Positions 17,837-29,072 of a DNA stretch of 64,000 bases are shown here, piece by piece; position 1 is the first letter of the stretch; the number at the start of each line of letters is the position of its first letter. Source of the stretch: Sedimentisphaerales bacterium (GTDB taxonomy: Bacteria > Planctomycetota > Phycisphaerae > Sedimentisphaerales > Anaerobacaceae); NCBI GenBank assembly GCA_963708075.1, contig OY970194.1, positions 2,944,001-3,008,000 on the forward strand, read 5' to 3'. A program made the translations under genes and the position numbers. The notes under the pieces were generated by a model, which did not search any database, had not been told where the DNA came from, and saw only the letters and a program-made list of their open reading frames with translations.

Positions 17837-19762
17837 CTATGGAACAAAGCCTAACCACAGATCCACCTGCGCGACGTTGACACTCTTGCTGCCGGGCGGC
17901 AGGGCCGTGAGAATCAGACCTTCGCCCTTAACCCACAGCGTGAAGGTCCCGCCCGGCGGATTGATTATGTCCGGAACCGCCCATCCCGTCCACGTTCCGC
18001 CGGCGGCTGAAGTCGCCGTGACATCCGCGTAGACTTTGCGCGTGTCACTCAGATCATTGATGCCCAGTCTGACGCTACCCGTATACGTGTCCGGGAACAC
18101 GGGATCAGGGGTGAGCTCGACATAGAGGGTGCCGACAACGAATGTCAGAGTGACGCCCGGCAGAGGTCCCGGCTTCTTCGCCAATTGCTCATAGGCGCCC
18201 ATGTCCACACGGCTGCCCTGGACGCGGGTCGTGCGATCCAGGTCAAAAGGAAGCGGTTCAGCGACATCGCCGTCGCCATCGAGATCGACGACGTCGGCAG
18301 GGACGTCAGTGTCGCTGCCCGCATCAATGCATGGCGAGGTGGCTTGGAGGTGGTAATCGCCGTCGATCCACTCACCCTCGATGCTGCGACCACCCGGAGC
18401 GACAAACAAGGGGGCGGCATCGATGTTCCCCGTGTCGGTCCATCCGCCCTGGACGTCGCTGTAGGTGACGCTGACCGCCGGGAGGTTGTTGCTCCAGATT
18501 TCTTTTCCGCCGTTGTAGAGAATGCTGTTGGCAACCTCGATCATCCCCGCGGCAGAATCCCAACTGAAGCTGGTGATGGCCTGACCATTCGGCGAGAGGT
18601 TGTCTGCAACCGTTGAGTTGAGGATCGTCAGATTCCCCGTGAGGTTGCTGATGGCCGCACCACCCATAACTTCCGCACGGTCGGCGGTGTTGCCCACAAT
18701 ACGGCAATTATGCAGGGCCACGGTGCCCTCCCAGTTGTACAAGCCGCCGCCGGAGATGAAGGCTCGGTTGCCGACTAACTGGGTGTTGACCAGCGTAAGC
18801 GCGGCATTCAGGTTCAGGATGGCGCCGCCGAAAGCCCCCGTGTTGCCCTGGAAGAAGCAGTTAACCACCTTCAGGGTGCCGCCGGGATTGTACAGGCCGC
18901 CGCCGATATCGTCGGGGAACCGCCCGTTGGCATTGCCGTCCACGATGATGAAGCCATCCAGGGTAGCCCCCGCGCTGCCCGTCGGGCCGATGACTACGTG
19001 ATAGCTGTTCTCCTCGCGATTCAGGAGGCGCCACAGGTCATTGCCGTTAAGGTCGCCGCTCAGGGTAGTCCTGCGGGCCGCAACGTCCCGGGCATCCGGG
19101 TCGGGCTGCCCGTAGCCGGCATAGCCGCCTTTGACGGTGATACCGTCTTTCAGCTCGAAACTGGCCTCCCGGTCGCCGGCTGTGACGCCTGTACCGCGGT
19201 CGGGCTTGTACGTGCCTTCCGCCACGACGATGTCGTCACCACTGGCTGCGGCTGCAAGCGCGTCCTGCAGCGTCAAAAATGCCGTCGTCCAGGTCTTCCC
19301 GTCATGAAGCGGTCCCGGGGCATCGGCATCCACATGATGCACCGCCTTGCCTCCGACTGTGAAACGAACCTCAAAGGTAACCTCCCTGGAGAGGCTGATG
19401 AACATCCAGTCCCCCGCCTCCAGCGGACCGAAATCCCCCTGTAGGCCGGCCACGGGCCTGTAATCCTTCGTGCAGCCGACCGGTACCGGGCCCTGAAACC
19501 ACAGCGTGACGACCTTAGACACGCTGTCCACGGATATCTGCGGCGAGCCGCCCAGGTCGCTTTCCCCCACGCATGAATTAGAGTACACCCTCGTCGGGCC
19601 GGAGAACCGGATGACAGCCGTCGTGGTTGGCAAGGCCGGCTGAATTTCCCACTTCGCGGGCGGAGTCGTGCCATCGATCCACGAGATACTGGCCGCGTCC
19701 ACCGCGCTCCATGTCGCCAGCGACAGCAGAGCTACCATCATTGCGAGTTTGCGAGCATTCAT
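17837..19762 (-). CDS. Secreted right-handed beta-helix (pectin-lyase-like) protein with a choice-of-anchor-Q-like segment
   Basis: Signal peptide; DGKTWTTAFLTLQDAL, GG(G/A) repeats with N-ladders, DYHLQATSPCIDAG, VDMGAYE. Confidence 0.8.
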   Translation of the reverse strand: MNARKLAMMVALLSLATWSAVDAASISWIDGTTPPAKWEIQPALPTTTAVIRFSGPTRVYSNSCVGESDLGGSPQISVDSVSKVVTLWFQGPVPVGCTKDYRPVAGLQGDFGPLEAGDWMFISLSREVTFEVRFTVGGKAVHHVDADAPGPLHDGKTWTTAFLTLQDALAAAASGDDIVVAEGTYKPDRGTGVTAGDREASFELKDGITVKGGYAGYGQPDPDARDVAARRTTLSGDLNGNDLWRLLNREENSYHVVIGPTGSAGATLDGFIIVDGNANGRFPDDIGGGLYNPGGTLKVVNCFFQGNTGAFGGAILNLNAALTLVNTQLVGNRAFISGGGLYNWEGTVALHNCRIVGNTADRAEVMGGAAISNLTGNLTILNSTVADNLSPNGQAITSFSWDSAAGMIEVANSILYNGGKEIWSNNLPAVSVTYSDVQGGWTDTGNIDAAPLFVAPGGRSIEGEWIDGDYHLQATSPCIDAGSDTDVPADVVDLDGDGDVAEPLPFDLDRTTRVQGSRVDMGAYEQLAKKPGPLPGVTLTFVVGTLYVELTPDPVFPDTYTGSVRLGINDLSDTRKVYADVTATSAAGGTWTGWAVPDIINPPGGTFTLWVKGEGLILTALPPGSKSVNVAQVDLWLGFVP

Positions 19763-20369
19763 CTTCCCATCCTTTCAAAAACCCCTGTTTGCGTTCTGTA
19801 TGACCCTCCCGTGTGTCATCGGAGCAGTGGTTATGGAAATGACCGTGCGGAACTCTCACCCACAGTCACAATATCCTCCTCAATCATGGTCCCCTCCATG
19901 GCCTGTCGCGGCATCGATGGGTTCAGCCGCCCCTTCCCTGCTTGAGTTAATGTACCATATCCTACCGGTCCCGTCTACTATGCGTCAAATGAATTCTGCC
20001 TGTCCCCAGCGGCCAGGGGCACTCCCTGATACGCAGGGACGGGACCCGAGTTCGTCTTTGGAGCATGGCCCATGGGCGAACTGGGCCGAAACAGCCCCGT
20101 CGAACGAGCTTGGCGGCGCTACCCCGAGTCCAGAGACAACGGCTTGATGATCCGGGGATCGATAGACACACGTGGCGACGAGTCATCCATCTGTCGGGTG
20201 ATAGCCGTTGCATTTCGCTGAGCAGTCGGGTACATAGTAGGCGAGCCTGTTCCGATGTGGGACGGGATGTGAGTGTCGAAAACGATCTGGCAAGAATCCC
20301 GGCCTGTCGTCGCCGGCAGGTCGGGAGACCAGGGGACTTCGGCGAAGAGACATGCGAAAGGGGCAGACA

Positions 20370-21146
20370 ATGATTCAGAGATTTCCACGTCGGGCGGTTC
20401 TTATGGTTGCGACGGTGACGGCCGCAGCATTGGTATTGGGTATGGGGCTGCGGGCGGGCGGGGCCGAGAAACCCCAGGCCAAGCGATGCGTCGTCGTGTG
20501 GTCGGAGGGAACAGCGCCGAAGAACGTCTATCCCAATGACATCAATGGCGCCATCGCCGAGGGGCTGAAGGAGCTGAAAGACTGGGAGGTCGTCAAGGCC
20601 AACCTGTCCGATCCCAACCAGGGTCTGACCGATGAGTTGCTCAAACGCACTGACGTGCTGATCTGGTGGGGCCACCAGAAGCATGCCCAGGTCAAGGACC
20701 AGCTTGTGGACAAGATTGTCAAGCGGGTAAAGGAGGACGGCATGGGATTCATCTCGCTGCACTCCTCGCACTTCGCCAAGCCAAACAGGAAGCTCATGGG
20801 CACCCCCTGCTCCTGGAAGACCTACGTCGGCGACTCCACCACGCTGAAGGTCACGGTCAAAGACCCCACCCATCCGATCGCCCAGGGCGTCAAGGAATTC
20901 ACGATCACGCATAATGAGCGCTACAGCGACCCGTACGCCGTGCCGACGCCGAAGGCCGTGGTGTTCGAGGGCGTCGCGACTTTGAAGGACGGCGGCACCG
21001 ACCCCAGCCAGCAGGGCCTGACCTGGGACGTCGGCAAGGGCAAGATGTTCTACTTCCAGCCCGGCCATGAGACCAACCCGGTCTTCTTCGACCCGACCAT
21101 CCGTAAGATCATGATCAACGCGGTGAAATGGGCCGCGCCGAAGTAG
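20370..21146 (+). CDS. ThuA-like (trehalose utilisation, class I GAT-like) exported protein
   Basis: DVLIWWGH, GMGFISLHSSHFAK, GKMFYFQPGHET. Confidence 0.88.
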   Translation: MIQRFPRRAVLMVATVTAAALVLGMGLRAGGAEKPQAKRCVVVWSEGTAPKNVYPNDINGAIAEGLKELKDWEVVKANLSDPNQGLTDELLKRTDVLIWWGHQKHAQVKDQLVDKIVKRVKEDGMGFISLHSSHFAKPNRKLMGTPCSWKTYVGDSTTLKVTVKDPTHPIAQGVKEFTITHNERYSDPYAVPTPKAVVFEGVATLKDGGTDPSQQGLTWDVGKGKMFYFQPGHETNPVFFDPTIRKIMINAVKWAAPK

Positions 21147-21208
21147 GACTTGCGACCGTCCGTGGGATGATGCATGCTCTCTGACGCTTGGATGGCTGAT
21201 CCAATCAT

Positions 21209-21297
21209 GGGTGGCATCGTCAAGGCCGAAGACCTTGGCGATGGCCTTCCTGAGTAGCTATGAAACCATCGCCAAGCTGCGCTTGACGCTGCCACCC
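21209..21297. repeat. Second inverted pair of REP-like palindromes
   Basis: GGGTGG-CATCGTCAAGG-loop-CCTTGGCGATG and, on the minus strand, GGGTGG-CAGCGTCAAGC-GCA-GCTTGGCGATG. Confidence 0.75.
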
Positions 21298-21401
21298 GGA
21301 GTCTGGAGACCTGCGATTTGAATGGATTCAGTAGAGTGGAGAGACACGAGGGATAGAGCGTCGTCCGGGTAAAGGGCCGGAGAATCGATGAGGAACGAGC
21401 G

Positions 21402-22907
21402 ATGGGAAACGGTCTGACAATCGTGGACGGCGGCATCGTCGCGATCTACCTGATCGTTACGATGGTCGTCGGCATCGGGATCCGCAAATACGTGGGCAAG
21501 GTCGAGGACTTCCTCGTCGCCCGGCGCGAGATGGACTTGTACCTGGGCATCGCGTCGCTGGCGGCGACGGAGTTCGGGATCGTGACGTGCATGTACGCGG
21601 CCCAGAATGGCTACGACAAAGGATTCGCCGGGGCCATCCCGGGCATCCTGACGTTCGCGGCAATGTTCGTTGTCGGTTATACGGGCTTTTGCATCAAGCC
21701 GCTGCGCGATTCCGGCGTGATGACAATCCCGGAGCTGTTTCAGAAAAAGTACGGCTCGGGGGTCCGCTGGGCAGCCGGTGTGGTCATCGTGCTCGGCGGC
21801 CTGCTGAACATGGGCGTGTTCCTCCGCACCGGCGGCGATTTCCTGGTGAACATCGCCGACCTGAATCCGAAGTACCTCGAAGTGATGATGACCGCGATCC
21901 TGATCGGCGTCGCGGTCTACACCATTCTGGGCGGCATGCTCTCGGTGCTTGTCACTGATTTCCTCCAGTTCATCGTCATGAGCGCAGGCTTGATCATTGT
22001 GACGTTCCTCATCCTGGGCAAAGTGGGCTGGGGCACGCTCGTGGATACGGTGGATGCCCACTACGGCGCCGGCGGATTCAACCCGTTCCTGAACCCGGAC
22101 ATCGGATGGTCCTACGTCGTGTTCAATGCCCTGCTGAACACGGCGGCGGTCCTGACGTGGCAGACCCAGATCGCCCGCGTCCTGGCGGCGAAGGACTCCG
22201 CGACCGGGCGCAAGGTCTATACAAGGACCTCGTTCTTCTTCGTGGCCCGGTTCCTGATCCCCGGTATCTGGGGCATCGCCGCACTCGCATTGCTCACGCC
22301 GGAGCAAGTGGGCGACAGTACGCTTCTGGCCATGCCAAAAATGCTCGGCATGTTCGTGCCCGCGGGGCTCATGGGCCTGCTCATCGCCGCCATGCTGGCC
22401 GCAGATATGAGCACCGATTCGTCCTACATGCTCACGTGGAGCAGCGTGATCTATAACGACATCATGGCGCCGTTCCGCAGGACGAAGTGGTCGGAGAAGA
22501 AGGGACTCCGGTGGAACCGGACCATCGTCGCCTGCATCGGCGTGTTCCTTCTGATCTACGGCCTGTGGTACAAGATCGAGGGCGATCTCTGGACGTACCT
22601 CGGCATCACCGGCACGATTTACCTGTCCAGCATGTCGGTTCTGCTGATCGCCTGCTGCTACTGGAAACGTGCGAATAACTGGGGCGCCTTCGCGGCCATC
22701 TTCTTCGGCGCGACTGTGCCTGCAAGCACGCTGATCCTGCAGAAGGCAGGCCCATGGACCGACTGGGTCAAAGCCAACGGCCCGTTATGCGGCATCGCCA
22801 CGTATGCGATCGTGGCGCTGGCCATGATCGTCGGATCGCTCCTCAAGCCCCGCCCGCAACTCGCAGTGGAAGGAAATGAGCTATGGCAGCCATCGTCGAC
22901 GGCGTGA
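21402..22907 (+). CDS. Sodium:solute symporter (SSS family)
   Basis: EDFLVARR, TIPELFQKKYG, YTILGGMLSVLVTDFLQF, AAMLAADMST; about 13 TM segments. Confidence 0.93.
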   Translation: MGNGLTIVDGGIVAIYLIVTMVVGIGIRKYVGKVEDFLVARREMDLYLGIASLAATEFGIVTCMYAAQNGYDKGFAGAIPGILTFAAMFVVGYTGFCIKPLRDSGVMTIPELFQKKYGSGVRWAAGVVIVLGGLLNMGVFLRTGGDFLVNIADLNPKYLEVMMTAILIGVAVYTILGGMLSVLVTDFLQFIVMSAGLIIVTFLILGKVGWGTLVDTVDAHYGAGGFNPFLNPDIGWSYVVFNALLNTAAVLTWQTQIARVLAAKDSATGRKVYTRTSFFFVARFLIPGIWGIAALALLTPEQVGDSTLLAMPKMLGMFVPAGLMGLLIAAMLAADMSTDSSYMLTWSSVIYNDIMAPFRRTKWSEKKGLRWNRTIVACIGVFLLIYGLWYKIEGDLWTYLGITGTIYLSSMSVLLIACCYWKRANNWGAFAAIFFGATVPASTLILQKAGPWTDWVKANGPLCGIATYAIVALAMIVGSLLKPRPQLAVEGNELWQPSSTA

Positions 22908-23065
22908 TCTCCATGTTGAAGGACCACTGGTTCTGGGGCGCGGTGACGCTGGTGTGCCTCACCTGGTACTCGACCGTCACGATCTATGTAGCTATCAAAG
23001 GCGCCCGCGACATCCAGAACATGCTCCGCCGATTCTCCGACTCCCAGGAGCAGAACCCGCATTGA
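22883..23065 (+). CDS. Small single-pass membrane protein, probable SSS accessory
   Basis: Overlaps the end of the SSS gene; one TM helix followed by IKGARDIQNMLRR. Confidence 0.65.
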   Translation: MAAIVDGVISMLKDHWFWGAVTLVCLTWYSTVTIYVAIKGARDIQNMLRRFSDSQEQNPH

Positions 23066-23134
23066 CATGGCTCACATGGTCAGCGGAAAGAGCGTGACAG
23101 TGCCCTCTGGGGACGCGGATTCATAGTCTGCGGT

Positions 23135-26100
23135 TCAGTTGTCGCCCGTGCCGGGGGAGCCGCCGGGGCGGGTGCTGGGCCGCCACATAATCTTGTCACC
23201 ATAGCTGCTGGGGTCTGCTGTTCGCGGGTCCTTGATCGTGAGGGAGCAGCCTTCGCCGTCGGTCGTGTCGAACCATTTATCATCGTAAGTAAAATCGTGA
23301 ATGACCGCTCCGACGGCGTCGAGCAGCTCGATTCGCTCGCCCGCGTTGTTCAAGCTGCCCGTGTATTGCCCCGCAACGGGCAGGCTCGCGCTGTATCTGG
23401 CCCGGAACGCCGCGGTGTCCTTGACCACGAGGCAATAGCCGCCCGGGGCCAGGGCGAAACTGGGGAAGGTGAAATCGATGCCGTTGGTGAACCTCACCAG
23501 ATTCAGGTTGATGCTCTCGCTGCCGATGTTGATCAGCTCGATATATTCGGTGTTTGGGTCGGCGGGATTTCCTGTATTGGCCGGATGGAACATGATTTCG
23601 CTGATCCGCAGACTCTCGACCACCGGACCGACGGCGAAGACCGCCTCGCTCATTGCACTCCACAGGGTCCCCGTGTATGCACGTGTCTTGATCCGCACGC
23701 TGCGATCCAGCGTAATGGGTGCAGAGAACTTCAGCACATGAGGCGTGTTGACCGCCCCGCCGGGCAGACGGGGATCGGCGCCGTCGAGCGTGTAATAGAC
23801 AATGCCGGCGGGAGGTCCCATGGTCAGTGAGTCCGTCCGTTTCATGTGTCCGCCGTGCTGCGGCAGCGTGTTCACACGAAACTCGGGGGCATCGACCGTT
23901 GGGTACAGATTGGCGCCCTTGAGCGAGTTGAAGATGCTCTGGCTCCGGCTCGGGAAGAAGGAGTTCAGCTTGGCGGTCGGGGTGCTGAGCCAGTCCAGTC
24001 GCGTGTAGGGCCGCGTCTGGCGGTTGTCGCCCCAGCGGGCAGATTCGCCGACGATGGCCCTGTCAATGGAATCTACCCTGGCCTTGAACAGGTCCGCCGC
24101 CGCCGGATAGGTCAATGGGCCGCCATTGAAGAGATGGCGGTGGATGATATCGGCAAACTGCATGCGGTACTCCCCGCTCCTGGCGAGCTTGCTGTGGAGA
24201 TCCGCGGGGCTCCTGCCCACGTCGTTGCCGCCTTCCAGCGTGTGCTCGGCATCCCAGGAGTGGAACCGCCATTTGCCGTCGGGCGTGTTGCGGTGCGTGG
24301 CGTACCAGTTCTTCTGCGGCCAGTCGTGGTTACCGCAGAACCAGTTTGCCAGCAGGTAGGTCGCGAAGTCCTCCACGTCGAGCAACTTGCACAGGGCATC
24401 ATACTTTGCCAGGTTTGTGGGATCGGAGCTGACGGCGTTGGCCGCGGCGAGCATCGCATTGAAATTCGCCGTCGCACTGCCGCCCGTGCCATTGTTGATG
24501 ACACTTCCGCTGCTATGTTTGACGGCGTCGTACTCATCCTCGTTGCCGCCAAAGACCTCGGCCGCCCAGGCATGGTCCGGTCGCTCGTGTATGTAGTACA
24601 GGCCCCAATACAGGCTATTGATGTAGATGTGGGCGTAGGACCCATGTCCGGAATGGCCGCCCATCGCGTTGTGCAGATCAGAAACGTACTGGTCCTGCAT
24701 GTATAGCGCTGTGTTGCGCTGATCCGCACCCGTGTGCAACCAGGAATGATTCAGCACCCCATCGAGAACGAGGGTATTGAGACGCTCGATGGGCGAGTCG
24801 TGGAATACCTTGTTCTCCAGCTTGGGCGGGCCCCCCGTCGCCTTACCGTCGTCCGTCTGCGTCTTGAATCGCGGGCGCATGGAGAGCTTGAAGGTCTTCC
24901 AACGCTGGAGGCTGCTTCCGCCGCCGGTGATGCCACCCTGCATGGCGATGGCACAATTCACCTGAAACGCCTCCTCGGCGGCAGGATCGATGAACTCCAG
25001 GGACGCCACGCGCTCGGTGCCGTCCTGGGACTTGTTGATGTAGATGCCCTTGGAGCCGAACCAGTCGTCCGTGTTCATCACGAGACAGATGGTCGGGACA
25101 GCCTTGAGATCATCTCGAATCGTCTGGGCATACAGCCCGCCGAAAATATCCTTGCCGTTCTGGCCGACCACATCGGGATCCATCTGGTAGTCGCCCGGCG
25201 TTCCGACCCAGAGCGCCGGATATCCCACGGGCGTCACCTGGGCGCCGGTGGTCGGGTCGGTCGCCTGGCGGATCACGCCATCGAGGAAGATGTACGTGTG
25301 CGTGTCCACGTTGGTGGATTTCCAGCCGGGCTTGAACGCCATCGCACGCAGCGAGGTCGTCGCGCTGATTCGGATCGGGGCCGTGTAGAGGCTGCCGTAG
25401 GACGCCGTCGGTGTGCTGCCGTCGGTCGTGTAGCGAATGGCTGCGCCCTCTGTGGCCGTCGTGATGGTGACGTCGAACGGCTCCGTGTAGAACCCGCGGT
25501 CGTGGCTGAACTTCGTGTCTTCCACCACGGCGAGGAACGCCCCGTTGTTCGATGCGCCGGGCGTGGGGGTCAGCGTCACGCACTCGGGCAAGCCGTCAGG
25601 CTCGCGGCCGAAAGACACATCGGCGATCTGGGCATCGAAGCTGATGCGGTCGATGACAGTCGAGCCGTTCGTGTCGAACAGGGTGATTTCGCCTCCGCCT
25701 GCATTGATCTCGAAATTTGCGTGCAGGCCGGAATCGGTCAGGTCGTTGTCCGCCCAGATGAGCAGGTACTTGCCCGGCTGAATTGTGGTCGTGAGCGGCT
25801 TGCCCGTCGGGATTCGCCACTTCCTCGGCTCACCGGGGTCGTCGGTCAGGTACATTCCGCCGACATCGACCGCCTCTTCGCCGCCATTGTAGAGCTCAAT
25901 CCAATCCTCGTATTCGCCCTGCGGGTCCTTGCTGCTCAGATCGTTGCGGGCGAGGATCTCATTGATGACCAGGGTCGCGCCTTCGCCGATCCGCCAGTTT
26001 TGTGCCACGAGGGCGAAATCGCGGAAGTCGACGCCGTGGGTGATGTTCAGATCGGCCGGACTGTCGGCCGGGTCCAGCCACTGCTTGGTGAACAGCAGAA

Positions 26101-27148
26101 GGTCACGCCAGTTCACCTTGTTGTCCTCATCGAAATCGCCTGAGAGAGGTTGAACAACGGTGATCTTGACAGTCCCACTGGCCTCCTGGGACAACTCATC
26201 CCACACGCGAAGCACAAGCTCATACTCGCCGGGCTTGGGAAACACAGCGATGGGATCGCCGATATTATCATTCGGGTTGAATGTCACGGTTGCCGGGCCG
26301 CTGAGCTGCGACCACTTGTACTTCAGCACCCGCAGGCCGCAAGGGTCGTCATCAGTAACCGCGGGGTTGAGCTGAACCGTGTGCATCGGCCAGACGAGAG
26401 CATCGTAGTCCCCCGCATCCACGTCGGGCGGCCGGTTCCCCGGCCCACCTACCTGCTGGAGCATGAAGCCGCCAAACGGATACGCCCGGCCCTCTTCCGC
26501 CTCCGGCGCCGCTTCCGCGCGCACCTTGAATGTCCCCCGGATCGATGGGACAATCCCGTCCCAGCGCACGACGCAGCCTTTGGCGCTGTTGTCGCCGGCC
26601 AGGAACTTTGTCGTAGCCCCTTGTTTCGCCAGCACGCCGGGGCTGCTGTTGTTGATGAAACTCATGGCATCAAGAATCGTGAAGAGCGAGATGCGGGTCG
26701 GATAACTGGCCGCACGGTTGGCCGTGCCGACGAATGTGTAGGTGCTCGCGGGGTCCAGGTTGCTGAACTCGATCTCCACCCACCAGCCCATGGCGCCGTA
26801 GTAGATCAAGTCGGGGCCGAAATCGACAACGCCGTTGAAGATCTCGTAGGCGTCGGTCCCGGGCGCGAAGTTGCTGCCGGAGCCCCCGCCGCTGACCTGT
26901 AGTCCCGCCCCGCCCACTGTGAACGTGACGGTCGGCATGCCAACGTCGCTGCCTGTCCCAAAGTCCTTCAGCCGTCCGGTAAAATGCGACAGGTCGCGGG
27001 CATGGATCGTCCACTGCGTGGCGTTTGCGGCGGTCCCGTCCCCCGCCTGTTGCAGGCAATCGTTGTAGGCGATCCACCCCGCATCGGCCCGGAGTGGACA
27101 AAAGGACACTGCAAGCGCTGCAATCAGCAGCGCAGATCTAATCAACAT
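23135..27148 (-). CDS. Secreted multidomain protein: PKD-like, dockerin-like, lamin-tail domain (LTD), FN3-associated, CotH-kinase-like, LTD
   Basis: LVINEILARN..DWIELYN, FSHDRGFY..IRYTTDGSTP, YWGLYYIHERPD, DWPQKNWY, WDAEHTL, LRISEIMFHP; GDFDEDNKVNWRDL and ADLNITHGVDFRDF repeats. Confidence 0.85.
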   Translation of the reverse strand: MLIRSALLIAALAVSFCPLRADAGWIAYNDCLQQAGDGTAANATQWTIHARDLSHFTGRLKDFGTGSDVGMPTVTFTVGGAGLQVSGGGSGSNFAPGTDAYEIFNGVVDFGPDLIYYGAMGWWVEIEFSNLDPASTYTFVGTANRAASYPTRISLFTILDAMSFINNSSPGVLAKQGATTKFLAGDNSAKGCVVRWDGIVPSIRGTFKVRAEAAPEAEEGRAYPFGGFMLQQVGGPGNRPPDVDAGDYDALVWPMHTVQLNPAVTDDDPCGLRVLKYKWSQLSGPATVTFNPNDNIGDPIAVFPKPGEYELVLRVWDELSQEASGTVKITVVQPLSGDFDEDNKVNWRDLLLFTKQWLDPADSPADLNITHGVDFRDFALVAQNWRIGEGATLVINEILARNDLSSKDPQGEYEDWIELYNGGEEAVDVGGMYLTDDPGEPRKWRIPTGKPLTTTIQPGKYLLIWADNDLTDSGLHANFEINAGGGEITLFDTNGSTVIDRISFDAQIADVSFGREPDGLPECVTLTPTPGASNNGAFLAVVEDTKFSHDRGFYTEPFDVTITTATEGAAIRYTTDGSTPTASYGSLYTAPIRISATTSLRAMAFKPGWKSTNVDTHTYIFLDGVIRQATDPTTGAQVTPVGYPALWVGTPGDYQMDPDVVGQNGKDIFGGLYAQTIRDDLKAVPTICLVMNTDDWFGSKGIYINKSQDGTERVASLEFIDPAAEEAFQVNCAIAMQGGITGGGSSLQRWKTFKLSMRPRFKTQTDDGKATGGPPKLENKVFHDSPIERLNTLVLDGVLNHSWLHTGADQRNTALYMQDQYVSDLHNAMGGHSGHGSYAHIYINSLYWGLYYIHERPDHAWAAEVFGGNEDEYDAVKHSSGSVINNGTGGSATANFNAMLAAANAVSSDPTNLAKYDALCKLLDVEDFATYLLANWFCGNHDWPQKNWYATHRNTPDGKWRFHSWDAEHTLEGGNDVGRSPADLHSKLARSGEYRMQFADIIHRHLFNGGPLTYPAAADLFKARVDSIDRAIVGESARWGDNRQTRPYTRLDWLSTPTAKLNSFFPSRSQSIFNSLKGANLYPTVDAPEFRVNTLPQHGGHMKRTDSLTMGPPAGIVYYTLDGADPRLPGGAVNTPHVLKFSAPITLDRSVRIKTRAYTGTLWSAMSEAVFAVGPVVESLRISEIMFHPANTGNPADPNTEYIELINIGSESINLNLVRFTNGIDFTFPSFALAPGGYCLVVKDTAAFRARYSASLPVAGQYTGSLNNAGERIELLDAVGAVIHDFTYDDKWFDTTDGEGCSLTIKDPRTADPSSYGDKIMWRPSTRPGGSPGTGDN

Positions 27149-27388
27149 CACAACATTCCCTTCCTCACGGTTGTCGATCAGAAGTTGTACCCCGATCGAT
27201 TTGGCGTCGGCAGATCGTGAAACCCCGGTGTCCATCCGAGGGATTCCATGCCCTGTTCATCATTGTAACAAATCTCCGGCCTCAAAACAACCACGATCCG
27301 GGCCAGTGCATCAGCCAAAAGAGTAAAACCGCCTTCCGCCGGAGGAGTATATCGCTTTGATGCGATTGCTTGTCTTGCGGGAGTTCAG

Positions 27389-28917
27389 ATGATCGTTGAA
27401 ATGCATTGTCATACGTCGGAGCATTCGTCGTGCAGCCGTGTGTCGGCAGAGGACTTGGCACGGCGAGCTCACGAGATCGGCATTCAGACCATTGTCCTGA
27501 CGGATCACCATTATCAATGGACTGACGAGGATCTGGCGGACCTGCGCAGGCGGGCGAGACTGCCTGATGTCTTTCAAGTCCTGGCGGGACAGGAGGTCGA
27601 GGTCCCCGGTTTTGGGCACATGCTCCTCTACGGCGCCGGGGCAACGATCGCCAAGCCGGGGATCCCCCTTCAGCAAATCCGGCAGGAGAATCCCGACGCG
27701 GCGATCATCTGGGCCCATCCCTACCGCGACGGGCGGATTCCATCCCTTGAAAGGCTGCTGGACCCGCACATCGACGGCATCGAGATCTTCAATTCGAACT
27801 ACACAGCCAGGGAGGCGGCCCGCGCTCTGCAGGACTGGCACAAGTACAAATTCACGGCTCTCGCCGGCACGGACACCCACGGGTTGAGCTATGTCGGCGC
27901 CTACCCGACGCTCTTCGATCACCCATTCGATTCGATCGAGGCGATGGCGGCGGAGATCAAGGCGGGCAGGTGCCGGCCCTACTTCAAGGAAGTCCCTCTC
28001 AAAGGCGCGACGAAGACGCGGGTCACGGAGGTGACCATGGGCCGGGAGGAGGCGGAGATCGCCAAAAGGGTCATCGTGAAGAGCTTCGATACGGCAGAGG
28101 CGTGGAAGACCGCCGAGAGAGGCTGCGTAGTCGCAGAGGCGCTGCTCGCCCAGGGGTTCGATCGCGGCCCCTACCGCGTCGCCAGGCCGATTGACGAAGA
28201 CGCGAGGAGTCTGTCGCTCATCGAGGAGTGCATCCCCGGCAAGACCCTGTTCGATGCGCTGGTTCATGCCGAGCCGGCGAGCGCCCCTCACTACCTGGAG
28301 ATGGCAGCGCAGTGGCTGGCCAAGCTGCATAACGCCCGGCTCCAGATCACGCCCCAGGACGAGTTTCTGCAGACCGAGCCCGAACGTCTCGAGTTCTACC
28401 TGCACAGCCTGGTCGAAACGGGGAACAAGCATCTGAGCCGCGTGCGAGAGATCAAGGACCGGGTTCTGGAGAAGGAGGAGGAGTTGATCCGCTCGCGCCC
28501 GAGGCCCTCGTGCAGGGCCACGGCGATTTCCATCCTAAGAATATTTTTATCGCTCGTGATGGCCCGGCGGAGCAGGAATGCGTCACCGCCATCGATCTGT
28601 GCGCCTCGTACCAGGTGCCTCGCGCGTTCGACATCGGCACATTTCTGGCCCAGTGCGTCAGCATGTTCTTCAACGAGCGAGAGGTACAGAAGAACGCGCC
28701 GCCTGATATCTTCCTGCAAGCCTACCTTCACCACGTCGAGGACCTGGAGGAGGACTTCATGGTCCAGGTGAACTTGTTCAAGGCCCGGACGTGCCTGAGC
28801 ATCCTGTACTACCTGGCCCACATCCACCTGGGCGAGAGCGATGTCTTCTGGCGGATTCTCCTCGAAGCGGAGAGAAGCCTCGCCTACGTCGCCGTCAAGC
28901 ACTTGGCCGGCCATTGA
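27389..28917 (+). pseudogene. PHP phosphoesterase fused to an APH/choline-kinase-like phosphotransferase; -1 frameshift near 28499 (possibly an assembly error)
   Basis: EMHCHT, LTDHH, WAHPYR, AGTDTH (PHP); WLAKLH, then in the next frame HGDFHPKNI, AIDL, FDIGTF; adding one C to CGCCCGAG restores the frame. Confidence 0.85.
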
Positions 28918-29072
28918 CGCAGCAGGCAATCTCTGAGCCGAGAGCACGCATTTTACCTATCGGTGAAGATGACGACCCACATGATACCGTACAGACATAG
29001 ACGAACACTATCGATACAACAATTTCACAATCATAGTAGAGTCCTTGCGAGGTACATGAGGGAGGTAGCAAC

